NCBI GenBank assembly: GCA_043739185.1
Contig: JAYUEN010000286.1
Coordinates: forward strand, 1-64,000
Length of the DNA: 64,000 nt
Source of the DNA: Bdellovibrionales bacterium
Lineage (GTDB): Bacteria; Bdellovibrionota; Bdellovibrionia; Bdellovibrionales; JAMPXM01
Reading direction: 5' to 3'
Shown: in pieces, positions 38,221 through 47,654 of the stretch
How positions within the stretch are numbered: position 1 is the stretch's first letter
Layout of the letters: each line of letters starts with the position of its first letter
The notes under the pieces: generated by a model
Database searches by the model: none
What the model saw: only the letters and a program-made list of their open reading frames with translations
What the model was told of the DNA's origin: nothing
Position numbers and translations under genes: made by a program

Positions 38221-38236
38221 AGCAAATGCCGATCCG
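38221..38236 (-). promoter_or_regulatory. Possible sigma54 promoter
   Basis: CGGATCGGCATTTGCT (GG-N10-GC, TTGCT), GC 48 nt before ATG 38174. Confidence 0.45.
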
Positions 38237-38423
38237 TTTTTTTTGAGTTCTGTATAGGTTTTAATGATTTTAACAGAGTAGGAGCTGTTCAACTTATGAT
38301 GATGAGTGACAATATTTGTAAAATACTTGGTGATCGTTGGCATTAGTTTCAAATCAGTTTTATGGCAGCGGCGGCAGTCAACTGCGTTTCAGTTTCTGTG
38401 TTCAGTTTCTGTCAACCGACACT

Positions 38424-39485
38424 TCAATCAAGTGGCTCGAATCTTTGCTCGTCTTTGTACAACTCTGGATTGATGTTATTTTTTTCGGGCTCAAAATCAT
38501 TCAAGTCTTTTTGGCCTTTGCGACGGGCTGATGATTTGCTCTGTCGAAATTGCGCAAAGCCTTCGTCATCTGCACGCGGATCAAAGTTTAGCGAAAAGCT
38601 TAAAAAGAAAGATTGCCCGTACGACGCATTGGTTCCCAAAAAGCTTTGAGCATATCCCAATTTAAATTGCCAACCTGGTTCAGGCTTATAGCCAGCCCAA
38701 ATACGAGCATCAATAAAAGAAGGATTATAGGCAGCAAAATAGTGACTCCCGCCCATCACTTGATCCGTGAGTGCACTTCGATAAATTGAAGAATTTGTAT
38801 CCGAGAGAAAACTCAATTCGCCCTCAAAACCAGTTCCGATAAGAAAACTTTTCCCGAGAGGTTTCTCAAAACCTCCTCCATATAAAATCAGCTGTGAATA
38901 GCCCTGATCGCGATATTGAGCGCCGAGATGTACAAATGGATTTCCGAAACTGTAGGGCCGAAAAAAATAAAACTGCGCTCGAATTGAATTGGCTCCGTCA
39001 CTCAAAAGCGCATCGTTTGCGGTCGCACTATAGGGAGTTGCGGCATAGTCGGCTTCGAGCTCTCCGACCAGTCTTGAGAATTGACCCGACAGAATATAGT
39101 TCATACCTACAAAGGCTTCGCCCAGTCCTGAATTATTGCGCTGAACCGAACCGGTTACAGAACTCGTATTGACTATATTCCCGCCAAAATACAGTGATGA
39201 TTTTTCTGAAAAATTATATCTGAGCTTGGGGCGAACTGCATAAACTTGAACTTTATTTCCTGGAGGTAAGGTACTAAATGTACGCGTTCCGCTTGAACTT
39301 AAATTTGAATTGGATGAATAATAATCCGTAAAGACACTCATGCGCCAAAAATCGCCGCGCCAACTCCCAGGCGGAGTTTCACTTGGAGCTACTGCGTTTG
39401 CAGAAAGAGCAACGCCGACCCCAAAGAGAAAAACGCTTATAGTTTTATAGATTATCAAGAATGATTTGAGAATTCCTTTGATCAT
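38424..39485 (-). CDS. Putative outer-membrane beta-barrel protein
   Basis: Signal peptide ending ANA; many aromatic alternating strands; charged C-terminal tail. Confidence 0.65.
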   Translation of the reverse strand: MIKGILKSFLIIYKTISVFLFGVGVALSANAVAPSETPPGSWRGDFWRMSVFTDYYSSNSNLSSSGTRTFSTLPPGNKVQVYAVRPKLRYNFSEKSSLYFGGNIVNTSSVTGSVQRNNSGLGEAFVGMNYILSGQFSRLVGELEADYAATPYSATANDALLSDGANSIRAQFYFFRPYSFGNPFVHLGAQYRDQGYSQLILYGGGFEKPLGKSFLIGTGFEGELSFLSDTNSSIYRSALTDQVMGGSHYFAAYNPSFIDARIWAGYKPEPGWQFKLGYAQSFLGTNASYGQSFFLSFSLNFDPRADDEGFAQFRQSKSSARRKGQKDLNDFEPEKNNINPELYKDEQRFEPLD

Positions 39486-39552
39486 CTTTACAATTTAAGG
39501 GTCCTATGATCTCTTGTCATTGATTTCCTCAATCAAAGTTTGGTGCAAAGCA

Positions 39553-40776
39553 ATGAATCAAAAAAAATCCCCCTTGATAATAATTTTCATGACAGTTTTT
39601 ATTGACCTCGTAGGATTTGGAATCATTATTCCGCTCAGTCCATACCTCGCGCGACAATTCAATGCTTCTGCTGTTGAAATTGGCTGGTTGATGGCGATCT
39701 ATTCTTTAATGCAATTTTTATTTTCACCTTTTTGGGGTGGCTTGAGTGATCGCATCGGAAGACGTCCTGTGATTCTCATTTCATTAGCTGGCAGCTTTTT
39801 GTCTTATCTGTTATTTGCGTTTTCAACAAATCTGCCAGCCCTCTTCATTGCGCGTGCTCTTGCCGGCGGTTTTGGAGGCAATATCTCAACGACACATGCT
39901 TATATCGCAGATATTACGACAAAAGAAAATCGCTCTAAAGGCATGGGAATGTTGGGCGCTGCTTTCGGACTCGGATTTATCTTTGGCCCTTTGATGGGAG
40001 GTTTTCTTTCAATTATAGGAGAACATCTTGGTCAACTACCACCCTTCGGAAAAAGCTTTTCATCTGTTGGAGCAGCCGTCTTGTGTTTCGCCAATCTCAT
40101 ATTTGCTTTCTTCAAATTGCCCGAGAGTCGAAACACTTTACATCCTTCGACTTCAGCTGAACACAATCCAAAAGTAAATCGCCTGAAAAAAATCTTTCAA
40201 GAGGTCTTACGTCCGCTGACCGGTCCCTTGATGATTATTTTCTTTTTAACCGGCTTGGCAATGGCGCAAATGGAGTCGATGCTTTTTCCTTATATGAATG
40301 ATCGTTTTGGCTGGGATATGAAAATGTCGAGCTATGGTTTTGCCTATGTCGGAGTCCTGATGGTTTTAACTCAGGGTTATTTTGTAAGAAAGTGGATGCC
40401 ACGTTTCGGAGAAGTTCGAACTCTGATGATTGGCTTGGTTTTATTTTCAATTTCACTCGCAGGGATCTCAATGAGCGCAAACATCCTCGCCATGGGTATA
40501 GTGATGACTCTTCTCGCATTAGGAACGGGTTTGATGAGACCGCCTAACTTGGGATTGATCAGTCAATTGACATCTCCTGAGGAGCAAGGTCTGGTTTTGG
40601 GAGTTACCAATTCACTGTCTTCACTTGGACGAATTATTGGGCCGCTCATTGGTGGCTTTTTTTATCAACAGATTGCAAAGAACTCACCATTTTGGCTCGC
40701 CTCTATCGTTGTAATAGCCGCGATTTTTTTACTTGTTTTCGTCAACAAAAAATTAAGTCATAGGTTAAAAAATTAA
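39553..40776 (+). CDS. MFS transporter, TetA/DHA1-like
   Basis: DLVGFGIIIP, motif A GGLSDRIGRRPV, AYIADIT, GFIFGPLMGG; about 12 hydrophobic helices. Confidence 0.92.
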   Translation: MNQKKSPLIIIFMTVFIDLVGFGIIIPLSPYLARQFNASAVEIGWLMAIYSLMQFLFSPFWGGLSDRIGRRPVILISLAGSFLSYLLFAFSTNLPALFIARALAGGFGGNISTTHAYIADITTKENRSKGMGMLGAAFGLGFIFGPLMGGFLSIIGEHLGQLPPFGKSFSSVGAAVLCFANLIFAFFKLPESRNTLHPSTSAEHNPKVNRLKKIFQEVLRPLTGPLMIIFFLTGLAMAQMESMLFPYMNDRFGWDMKMSSYGFAYVGVLMVLTQGYFVRKWMPRFGEVRTLMIGLVLFSISLAGISMSANILAMGIVMTLLALGTGLMRPPNLGLISQLTSPEEQGLVLGVTNSLSSLGRIIGPLIGGFFYQQIAKNSPFWLASIVVIAAIFLLVFVNKKLSHRLKN

Positions 40777-40789
40777 ATTGGAGAAAATT

Positions 40790-41569
40790 ATGTCACTCAG
40801 CTGCTTTCATCTGGTTTTGCCCATCATTATATTTACCTCAATCGCTCATGCCAAAATCGTTCATAAAAAAATCGAGTACAAAGAGGGCTCGACCACCTTA
40901 GAAGGAGTCTTGGTTTTTGATGATGCAAAAACCGGCGCTCGTCCGGGAGTATTAATTGCCCACAATTGGATGGGAATTTCAGATGAAACCGAACGCAAAG
41001 CAGATATGATAGCTGAACTCGGCTATATTGCTTTTGCTGCTGATTTATACGGTAAAGGCGTTCGACCCAAGGATTCATCTGAAGCCGGAAAATTTGCCGG
41101 CGGATTGAAAGCAGATCGTAAAACTTTGCGGGCACGAATGAATGCAGGGCTCAATGAATTAAAGGACAGCAAACTTGTTAATAAAGACAAACTTGCAGCA
41201 ATCGGTTACTGTTTCGGCGGAACTTCGGCAATTGAACTCGCGCGTTCGGGTGCGGAAATTCAAGGCGTGGTCAGTTTTCATGGCGGATTAGATAGTCCCG
41301 CTCCACGCGACGGAAAAAATATTAAGGCAAAAATATTAGCCTTGCACGGAGCCGACGACCCTTTTGAAAAAGCTGAAGATTTGCTCGCTTTTGAGAGTGA
41401 AATGCGAACAAATAAAGTAGATTGGCAACTTATAAAGTACGGCGGAGCTGTACATAGCTTTACCGAAAAAGCTGCGGGCAATGACAACTCGAAAGGCGCC
41501 GCCTATAATGAGCGCGCCGATCGGAGATCCGTTCATGATATGAAAGAATTCTTTTCAGAAATCTTTTAA
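40790..41569 (+). CDS. Dienelactone hydrolase family protein, exported
   Basis: Signal ending AHA; GYCFGG, SFHG, HGADDP, HSFT. Confidence 0.92.
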   Translation: MSLSCFHLVLPIIIFTSIAHAKIVHKKIEYKEGSTTLEGVLVFDDAKTGARPGVLIAHNWMGISDETERKADMIAELGYIAFAADLYGKGVRPKDSSEAGKFAGGLKADRKTLRARMNAGLNELKDSKLVNKDKLAAIGYCFGGTSAIELARSGAEIQGVVSFHGGLDSPAPRDGKNIKAKILALHGADDPFEKAEDLLAFESEMRTNKVDWQLIKYGGAVHSFTEKAAGNDNSKGAAYNERADRRSVHDMKEFFSEIF

Positions 41570-42378
41570 ATTGTCGTAGTCGGTCTACCTGAAGTCGCTC
41601 GCTGAGGGGCTTCAGAATTTGTTCTTGCCGAAGTGGTGGCTGCTTGGTTCGCCTGAGCCTTTTGAGCTCCGGTCGCATTATTGTTTACAGGATATCCCGC
41701 ACTTATGATTTGAGTGTTAGTTTGTGCTCCAAAATTATGGGTGTGCGTCTGATTTGACTTTTGCTGAGGCTGCATAGTTGTACTTTGTGGCGCCATATTT
41801 TGCTGAGCAGAATGCGAATTATTCATGTTTTGGTTTGCCATTTGGCTTTGCATATTTTGGTTGTAATTGTTTTGCTGTGCCTGAGGTTGAGACATCCCCC
41901 AATTCATATTTTGATTTTGATAGTCTGGCATAATCTGGTGGCTTTGATCTAACATTGCTAAATGTGCCTGCGCAATTGAGCGCAAATTGGCCTCAAATTG
42001 AATTCGAGCCCGCTTCATTTCACCCACTTCTTGATAAATTCTTTTCAGCGAATCTCTGGCATCTTTGACAATCATTTCGGCTTTCTGATTGGCATCATGC
42101 ATGATGAGCTTGGCTTCACGTTCAGCGTCGACTCGAATTTGTTCTGCCATGCGAGTTGCAGTGGTAATCGTGGTTTTAAGAGTCTCGTCGCGCTCACGAT
42201 ATTCTAATATATTGAGTTCTTTTTCTCTCAAAGTTTCTTTGAGTGAATTTCGCTCTCGAATGAGTTCTTCCATTTGGTCGGCCATTTCACGCAGAAATTC
42301 GATTACTTCTTCGGAATCAAAACCCATGAATTTTTTCGAAAAGTTTTTGTGGGCTATATCGATTGGCGCGATTCTCAT
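41566..42378 (-). CDS. divIVA: DivIVA domain protein with Q/N-rich tail
   Basis: MRIAPIDIAHKNF...GFDSEEVIEFL, coiled coil; downstream of yggS-proC. Confidence 0.9.
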   Translation of the reverse strand: MRIAPIDIAHKNFSKKFMGFDSEEVIEFLREMADQMEELIRERNSLKETLREKELNILEYRERDETLKTTITTATRMAEQIRVDAEREAKLIMHDANQKAEMIVKDARDSLKRIYQEVGEMKRARIQFEANLRSIAQAHLAMLDQSHQIMPDYQNQNMNWGMSQPQAQQNNYNQNMQSQMANQNMNNSHSAQQNMAPQSTTMQPQQKSNQTHTHNFGAQTNTQIISAGYPVNNNATGAQKAQANQAATTSARTNSEAPQRATSGRPTTTI

Positions 42379-42576
42379 TTTTCCTCCTGGTATAAGGTAC
42401 CCACTTCCTTTATCGGATGCGTCGCGCCGTTTGAATCATCATTTGAAAATTAAAAAGGCGCTTAGCATCCGATCAAGGAAGCGGATACTTTTTCAGGCTA
42501 ACCGACTTTTTGACAGTATAGTAGAATAGCTTCAAAGGGCTGGGAATTCTGGACCAAAGACCGGCGGTCTGGACCA

Positions 42577-43407
42577 CTATTGCTTCTCAGTAGTTCGCGA
42601 AATTTCTTGATCGCGCAGTACGGCTTTTTCAAAACTATATCTTAAAGCGCGCTCAATTTCGAGTTCACGCATTGATTGCAATCCTGCGAAGGTGACTCCT
42701 TTTTTCGAAACAACTTTCTCTTGTAAATCAACCAAGCTCGTCTCAGGAGTTTTTTCTGCCAACATTGCTGCTCCTAAAAAAGTCTGTACCACCATTTCAC
42801 GTGCGAGTTTCGAGTCAAAATTATGTTCCTCAAGCCACTCTTGCCAATACTCCATTAACTCTAAAACAAAGCCAGTACCGCTGCCACAAGAAACTGTCAG
42901 CGCTTCAAAAGCTTCGCCTTCAGGTACCGGAACCAATAAGCCTAAGGGTTGAAAAATCTCAATGACTTGTACTTCGTATGAGGAAGCTTTTGGTCCCAGA
43001 CAATATCCAACAACAGCTTTGCGTATTGTCGATGGCGTATTGGGCATCACGCGCACCAGACCCGAAACCTCCGGCAATAATTTTTGCAAGGACTTTATCG
43101 AAAAACCAGCCGCCAGTGAAATAACAAGATGTCCACTCGAAAATGTGGTGGCGATGGGTTCGAGCACCAATGCGAGATCTTGAGGTTTAACGGCCAAAAC
43201 CACAGTTTCGCATTTCTCAACTAACTCTTCATTGGTCTTACAAATCTGAATTCCAAACTGCTCATTCATTTTTAGCAGTTTTCCGGGAGAGCGATTGGTC
43301 GCAAATATTTGAGCGGCTTCGTAAGTTTTACTTTCAAGTAACGCACGTACAATGGCCTGACCGAGATTTCCGATTCCGATAAAACCAATTTTTTTATTTT
43401 TTATCAC
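42577..43407 (-). CDS. proC: Pyrroline-5-carboxylate reductase
   Basis: IGFIGIGNLG, LAVKPQ, ISLAAG, RVMPNTP, GSG, VVSKKGVT. Confidence 0.92.
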   Translation of the reverse strand: MIKNKKIGFIGIGNLGQAIVRALLESKTYEAAQIFATNRSPGKLLKMNEQFGIQICKTNEELVEKCETVVLAVKPQDLALVLEPIATTFSSGHLVISLAAGFSIKSLQKLLPEVSGLVRVMPNTPSTIRKAVVGYCLGPKASSYEVQVIEIFQPLGLLVPVPEGEAFEALTVSCGSGTGFVLELMEYWQEWLEEHNFDSKLAREMVVQTFLGAAMLAEKTPETSLVDLQEKVVSKKGVTFAGLQSMRELEIERALRYSFEKAVLRDQEISRTTEKQ

Positions 43408-44111
43408 TGATTTTCCCTTTGCCCAAAGATAGCCGTGCCAATGCGAACATGAGTGGCGCCTTCGAAAATCGCAGACTCAAAATCATGGGTCGTCCCCATT
43501 GATAAGATCTTAAAATTTGATTTTTGGCTATCAGATAATTTTGGCTTTTGATCTTCCATAAAACTTCGCAAAGTTTGAAAATACTCTCGTTGCGCGGCCG
43601 GAGTGTCTACTAAAGGTGGTAAACACATTAGTCCACAAAGCTTCAGATTTTCAAAATCAAGAATTTGCCTGAACAGAGTTTCGGCCTCTTCAAATCGAAC
43701 GCCAGATTTTGAATCTTCGTCACCGACATTGATTTGCAGCAAAATGCTTTGAACAATATTTTTCTTTTTTGCTTCCTGATTGAGAACTTTCGCCAATGAT
43801 ATTCGGTCAACAGAATGGATCAAGTGAAATGCACCTACGACCTGATGAGCTTTATTACTCTGAAGATGGCCAATAAAATGCCAGATTGGCGGACTTTCGA
43901 GCTTTGAAAAATTTGAAATTTTTTGCAGAGCTTCTTGAACATAGTTTTCGCCAAAGTGTTTTTGACCTGCTGATATCGCCTCTGTAATTTGCTCTAATGG
44001 TTTGGTTTTAGAAACCGCAATCAGCGTGCAAGAGTCAGCTTCACGACCAGCTTTTTGGCAATTAATTGAGATTTGCAATTTTAGATTTTTAAGATTTTCT
44101 GCGATCGACAT
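43404..44111 (-). CDS. yggS: PLP homeostasis protein YggS
   Basis: LIAVSKT, FGENYVQE, WHFIGHLQSNK, LSMG, VRIGTAIFG. Confidence 0.96.
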   Translation of the reverse strand: MSIAENLKNLKLQISINCQKAGREADSCTLIAVSKTKPLEQITEAISAGQKHFGENYVQEALQKISNFSKLESPPIWHFIGHLQSNKAHQVVGAFHLIHSVDRISLAKVLNQEAKKKNIVQSILLQINVGDEDSKSGVRFEEAETLFRQILDFENLKLCGLMCLPPLVDTPAAQREYFQTLRSFMEDQKPKLSDSQKSNFKILSMGTTHDFESAIFEGATHVRIGTAIFGQRENQ

Positions 44112-44691
44112 GCCAATTATTTTCTCTCAAAATTTGCTCAACTAGACCAATTGAAAGCCCCATTACATTGTCAATATTTCCTTCTATTCGATCGATAAAT
44201 CCCTCTTCGAGAGTTTGAATCCCATAAGCACCTGCTTTGTCTAAGCCATCCCCGCTCGCCACATAACTAGTAATCTGTTTATTCGTGAGCTCTCGAAAGT
44301 GCACATATGACTCTTCGTGAACACAAATTTCACGGTTTCTTTCGGGTTCTAAAACGCAGATGGCTGTGATGACACTGTGCTTTCGTCCTGAAAGTTTCAC
44401 TAAATACTCTCTCGACTGTTCAAGGTCTTTAGGCTTGCCTAGAACTTCGCCATCTAGGACCACTAAGGTGTCTGCGGAGAGCACCAAATTATGTGGGGAC
44501 TTCGGGTACTTATCCGACTCGACCAAAGCATAGGCTTTTTGTCTGGCGAGATCCTCAATTTGTAAGGCCAAGCTTAGGTTTTTGTTTGGAATTTCCGATA
44601 TTTGAATAGAGTGAACTGAAAATAAAAAACCAGCTCTTTCGAGGAGCTCTCTTCTGCGCGGAGACCCGGAAGCTAAAATGAGCGTGTGCAT
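44089..44691 (-). CDS. maf: Maf family nucleotide pyrophosphatase
   Basis: LILASGSPRRRELL, SADT, LGKP, DKAGAYGIQ, NVMGL. Confidence 0.95.
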   Translation of the reverse strand: MHTLILASGSPRRRELLERAGFLFSVHSIQISEIPNKNLSLALQIEDLARQKAYALVESDKYPKSPHNLVLSADTLVVLDGEVLGKPKDLEQSREYLVKLSGRKHSVITAICVLEPERNREICVHEESYVHFRELTNKQITSYVASGDGLDKAGAYGIQTLEEGFIDRIEGNIDNVMGLSIGLVEQILRENNWHVDRRKS

Positions 44692-44721
44692 ACATTCAGT
44701 TACACCACAGAAAGGCTGTTA

Positions 44722-45621
44722 ATGGGAAGCAATATCAAACTCTATGTCGGAATTTTAGTATTTGGATTTGCGGTCTTTCGTTTTCTCTCCGCACTCTTTG
44801 CAAAAAACGAAGAAGCGAAGTCTTTGCAATGGGCCTCGGCAAGTGCTCCCGTTAAATCAAAATCTAATATCATCGAGTTCTCACGGCAACTGGCTCACCA
44901 ATTCACTTTGTCACATGCTATTCGCATGAAAAACCCAAGTTACCGAAAGAAGATCGAACATCTCATCATCACTTCGGGGCTATCGGCCGAATTGAATGTT
45001 GACGAGTTCATCGCACTTCAGCTCCTTTGGGGAATTATGTTTCCCATTTTGTGTTTGATTTTAAATTTCTCTTTGCAACTAGGTTACCCCTATTTCATTT
45101 TCCTTGCGATGATTCCCTTTGGTTACAATGTTCCCCGCTTTCACGCAAATGCACAGAGAACTTCGCGCCAACGATCGATTCTCATGGACCTCCCGTTCTT
45201 CGTTGATTTGATGTCGCTCGCTGCGGAAGCCGGCCTCGATCTACAAGGTTCGATGAAAAAAATTGTAGAAAAATCGAGTGAGGACAGCGTACTCGCCGAC
45301 GAATTCAATCGCGTTCTCGAAGACATCGCGATCGGAAGTTCTCGCATTGACGCCCTTAAGACTCTCGCAAAACGCATCGACTTGAATGAAGTAAATTCTC
45401 TAGTCAACGTCATCGTTGATTCAGAAAGCACCGGCGCCAGTGTGGTCAAAGTACTAAAAGAACAATCCATTCAAATGCGTCTCGAACGTTTTGTTCGCGC
45501 CGAGAAAGCTGGCGCCAAAGCTTCGCAAGCCATACTAGTTCCGATGATTTTATTTATTATGCCTGCAGTTTTCATAATGGTGTTCGCTCCTGTGGCTCTT
45601 AACATGATGTTTGGAAAATAA
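44722..45621 (+). CDS. tadC: Tad pilus inner-membrane platform protein (T2SS F family)
   Basis: DLPFFVDLMSLAAEAGLD, RAEKAGAKA, PMILFIMPA; probable ATG 44722. Confidence 0.85.
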   Translation: MGSNIKLYVGILVFGFAVFRFLSALFAKNEEAKSLQWASASAPVKSKSNIIEFSRQLAHQFTLSHAIRMKNPSYRKKIEHLIITSGLSAELNVDEFIALQLLWGIMFPILCLILNFSLQLGYPYFIFLAMIPFGYNVPRFHANAQRTSRQRSILMDLPFFVDLMSLAAEAGLDLQGSMKKIVEKSSEDSVLADEFNRVLEDIAIGSSRIDALKTLAKRIDLNEVNSLVNVIVDSESTGASVVKVLKEQSIQMRLERFVRAEKAGAKASQAILVPMILFIMPAVFIMVFAPVALNMMFGK

Positions 45622-45622
45622 A

Positions 45623-45973
45623 ATGAAACGGCTCTTGAATAAATCAAAATCAAATTCGCAAATCGCAGGCTCACTGCGCATTGCCGATTCTTTTTATTTA
45701 AGACTCAAAGGCTTAATGTTTGACCGCAATATGGCTCCGGGATCCGCTCTGTTTTTTCAGGACTGCCGTTGCATTCACACCTGTTTCATGAATTTTGCAA
45801 TTGATACAATTTTCGTTGATCAAAATTTTGTCGCTAAAAAAACTTTTGAAAATATTAAACCCTGGAGATTTTCGCAAATCGTTTGGCAAGCTAGTTCAGT
45901 CATTGAACTACCTGCCGGAACTTTAAAAGCAACACCCGTCGACATCGGAGATGTACTTTATGTGGGCGATTAG
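45623..45973 (+). CDS. DUF192 domain protein
   Basis: ADSFYLRLKGLM, IHTCFMNFAIDTIFVD, VIELPAG, GDVL. Confidence 0.88.
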   Translation: MKRLLNKSKSNSQIAGSLRIADSFYLRLKGLMFDRNMAPGSALFFQDCRCIHTCFMNFAIDTIFVDQNFVAKKTFENIKPWRFSQIVWQASSVIELPAGTLKATPVDIGDVLYVGD

Positions 45974-47651
45974 AATTTTGAGTGGAGCACAAGCGGGCCA
46001 GATTTATCCTTTGAAAATGGGAAAAAATGCAATTGGTCGCGCCCCTCAATGTGAAATTAAAATTCAAGCTCAAGGCGTTTCAAAAGAACATGCGCAAATC
46101 TTTTTAACGGATGACAAAATTATTTTAAGCGATCTCAATTCACGAAACGGCACCTTTGTTAATGGTGTCAAAATACAAAATCAACGAGTGAATGTAGGCG
46201 ATAAAATTGCACTTAAGGATATTATCTTTGATATTTTGAAATTGCCAGATGTTGCCCTCTTGTCGCAACATCAAAAGGCCAATCGTCCGCCAGGACTAAA
46301 CACTGGTGTGGGATCGCCGCAAAGCCATCCCCAAAGCTGGAATTCAAATGCCGCGCCTCAAATGGGCCATCACCTCAATCCTTTTATGGAAGCAAATGAT
46401 TTTGCTCATCCTCACGGCCATAGTCAATTTCAGCCCGAAATGCATCACTCGGACCCGGATCAACTAAGTCTCGAAAAGGGAAGCTTTTTTCAGAACCTTA
46501 AAAATCTGTTGGACAATTATTTCGAAACCGTTGCCATGCCAGGCATCTACTCCTTTGCCCAGTCCCTAGAATATCGATGGGTGATAGGAACTTTTGTTGG
46601 CATTTTCATTTTCTTGGTGACTGCACTTTCAACCGTGCCCATGACGACAACCATCTCTCATACTATAGAGGCCGAAAGTATGCGACGTGCTGTTACGATT
46701 GCTCGCGGTCTTGCGCAATCAAATAGACAAGCCGTATTAGATAATCTTGAGGTTTCAGTGAGCACTCGCACCGCTGAAATTGAAGATGGCGTTTCGGTGG
46801 CCGCAATCATTTCTGGTAAGGATGGCCATGTGATTGCACCGGCAAATTTGAGACAGCAAGAAGTTGAAAATACCTTTTTCAGAGAAGCTCGACGTGAAGG
46901 CAAAGAATTTCATAAGGCCCTTGGCCGCTCGCTTGTAGGCGCCAGCACGCCCATCATTTCTTACGACGCCCAAAGAGGCGAACAAACGCCGGTTGCTTAC
47001 GCGATCGTGATTTATGATCTCTCCGCTGTTGGCATTCGCACCGAACAGACTTTTAGTTTGTTCGTCGAAACTTTTGCAATCTCGCTTTTCTTTGGATTTT
47101 TGCTTTTCTTCATCCTTATGAAAATTATTGAGCATCCCATCGTGAATCTGAATGAACAACTCGACAGCGCCTTGCGAGATGGGCGCGACGACATCAGCAC
47201 AGACTATAACTTTCCTCTTCTGAAGAACTTGGTAACCAATATCGGGAGTACCCTAACCAGACTTGCGAGCTCCGGAGGAGCCGATGCTCCTCAAGTCAAT
47301 TTCCAACAGCGCCACGACGAAGCGGTTCATCTCATCTCGCTTATCGACAATCCCGCCATTGCGATTTCTGCAGTGGACTCCAAGATTATATCGGCCAATT
47401 TGGCATTTGAAAATCTTCTGGGATCGCAGCTCTCAATCGCCGGACTTTCAATAACCGAATTGTCCGATCCGGCATTGAGACAAAACATAGTTCAGATGAT
47501 TCATTCTTTACGGGGTCAACCGGATGAAAAAGTCTTAAGTCATATTCCTTTTGATGGCATTGATCATACTCTTTCTGGTCGCGCAATCTTTGCAGTCAAT
47601 GAACCCGTCTATTATGTTATTTCGATTCACAAAGAACAGGGGGGCCATTAA
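45960..47651 (+). CDS. FHA-domain membrane protein (2 TM, periplasmic domain, HAMP/PAS-like tail)
   Basis: Canonical FHA IGR...VSKEH...DLNSRNGTFVNG; two hydrophobic helices. Confidence 0.85.
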   Translation: MWAIRILSGAQAGQIYPLKMGKNAIGRAPQCEIKIQAQGVSKEHAQIFLTDDKIILSDLNSRNGTFVNGVKIQNQRVNVGDKIALKDIIFDILKLPDVALLSQHQKANRPPGLNTGVGSPQSHPQSWNSNAAPQMGHHLNPFMEANDFAHPHGHSQFQPEMHHSDPDQLSLEKGSFFQNLKNLLDNYFETVAMPGIYSFAQSLEYRWVIGTFVGIFIFLVTALSTVPMTTTISHTIEAESMRRAVTIARGLAQSNRQAVLDNLEVSVSTRTAEIEDGVSVAAIISGKDGHVIAPANLRQQEVENTFFREARREGKEFHKALGRSLVGASTPIISYDAQRGEQTPVAYAIVIYDLSAVGIRTEQTFSLFVETFAISLFFGFLLFFILMKIIEHPIVNLNEQLDSALRDGRDDISTDYNFPLLKNLVTNIGSTLTRLASSGGADAPQVNFQQRHDEAVHLISLIDNPAIAISAVDSKIISANLAFENLLGSQLSIAGLSITELSDPALRQNIVQMIHSLRGQPDEKVLSHIPFDGIDHTLSGRAIFAVNEPVYYVISIHKEQGGH

Positions 47652-47654
47652 TAA

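Noticed and set aside
39553..40776. Acquired tetracycline resistance gene
   Set aside because: Generic DHA1 MFS in core context, with no tetR or mobile element.
42410..42436. Sigma28 promoter for divIVA (minus-strand TCCGATAA)
   Set aside because: The nearest TCAA is at 13-nt rather than 15-nt spacing; unresolved.
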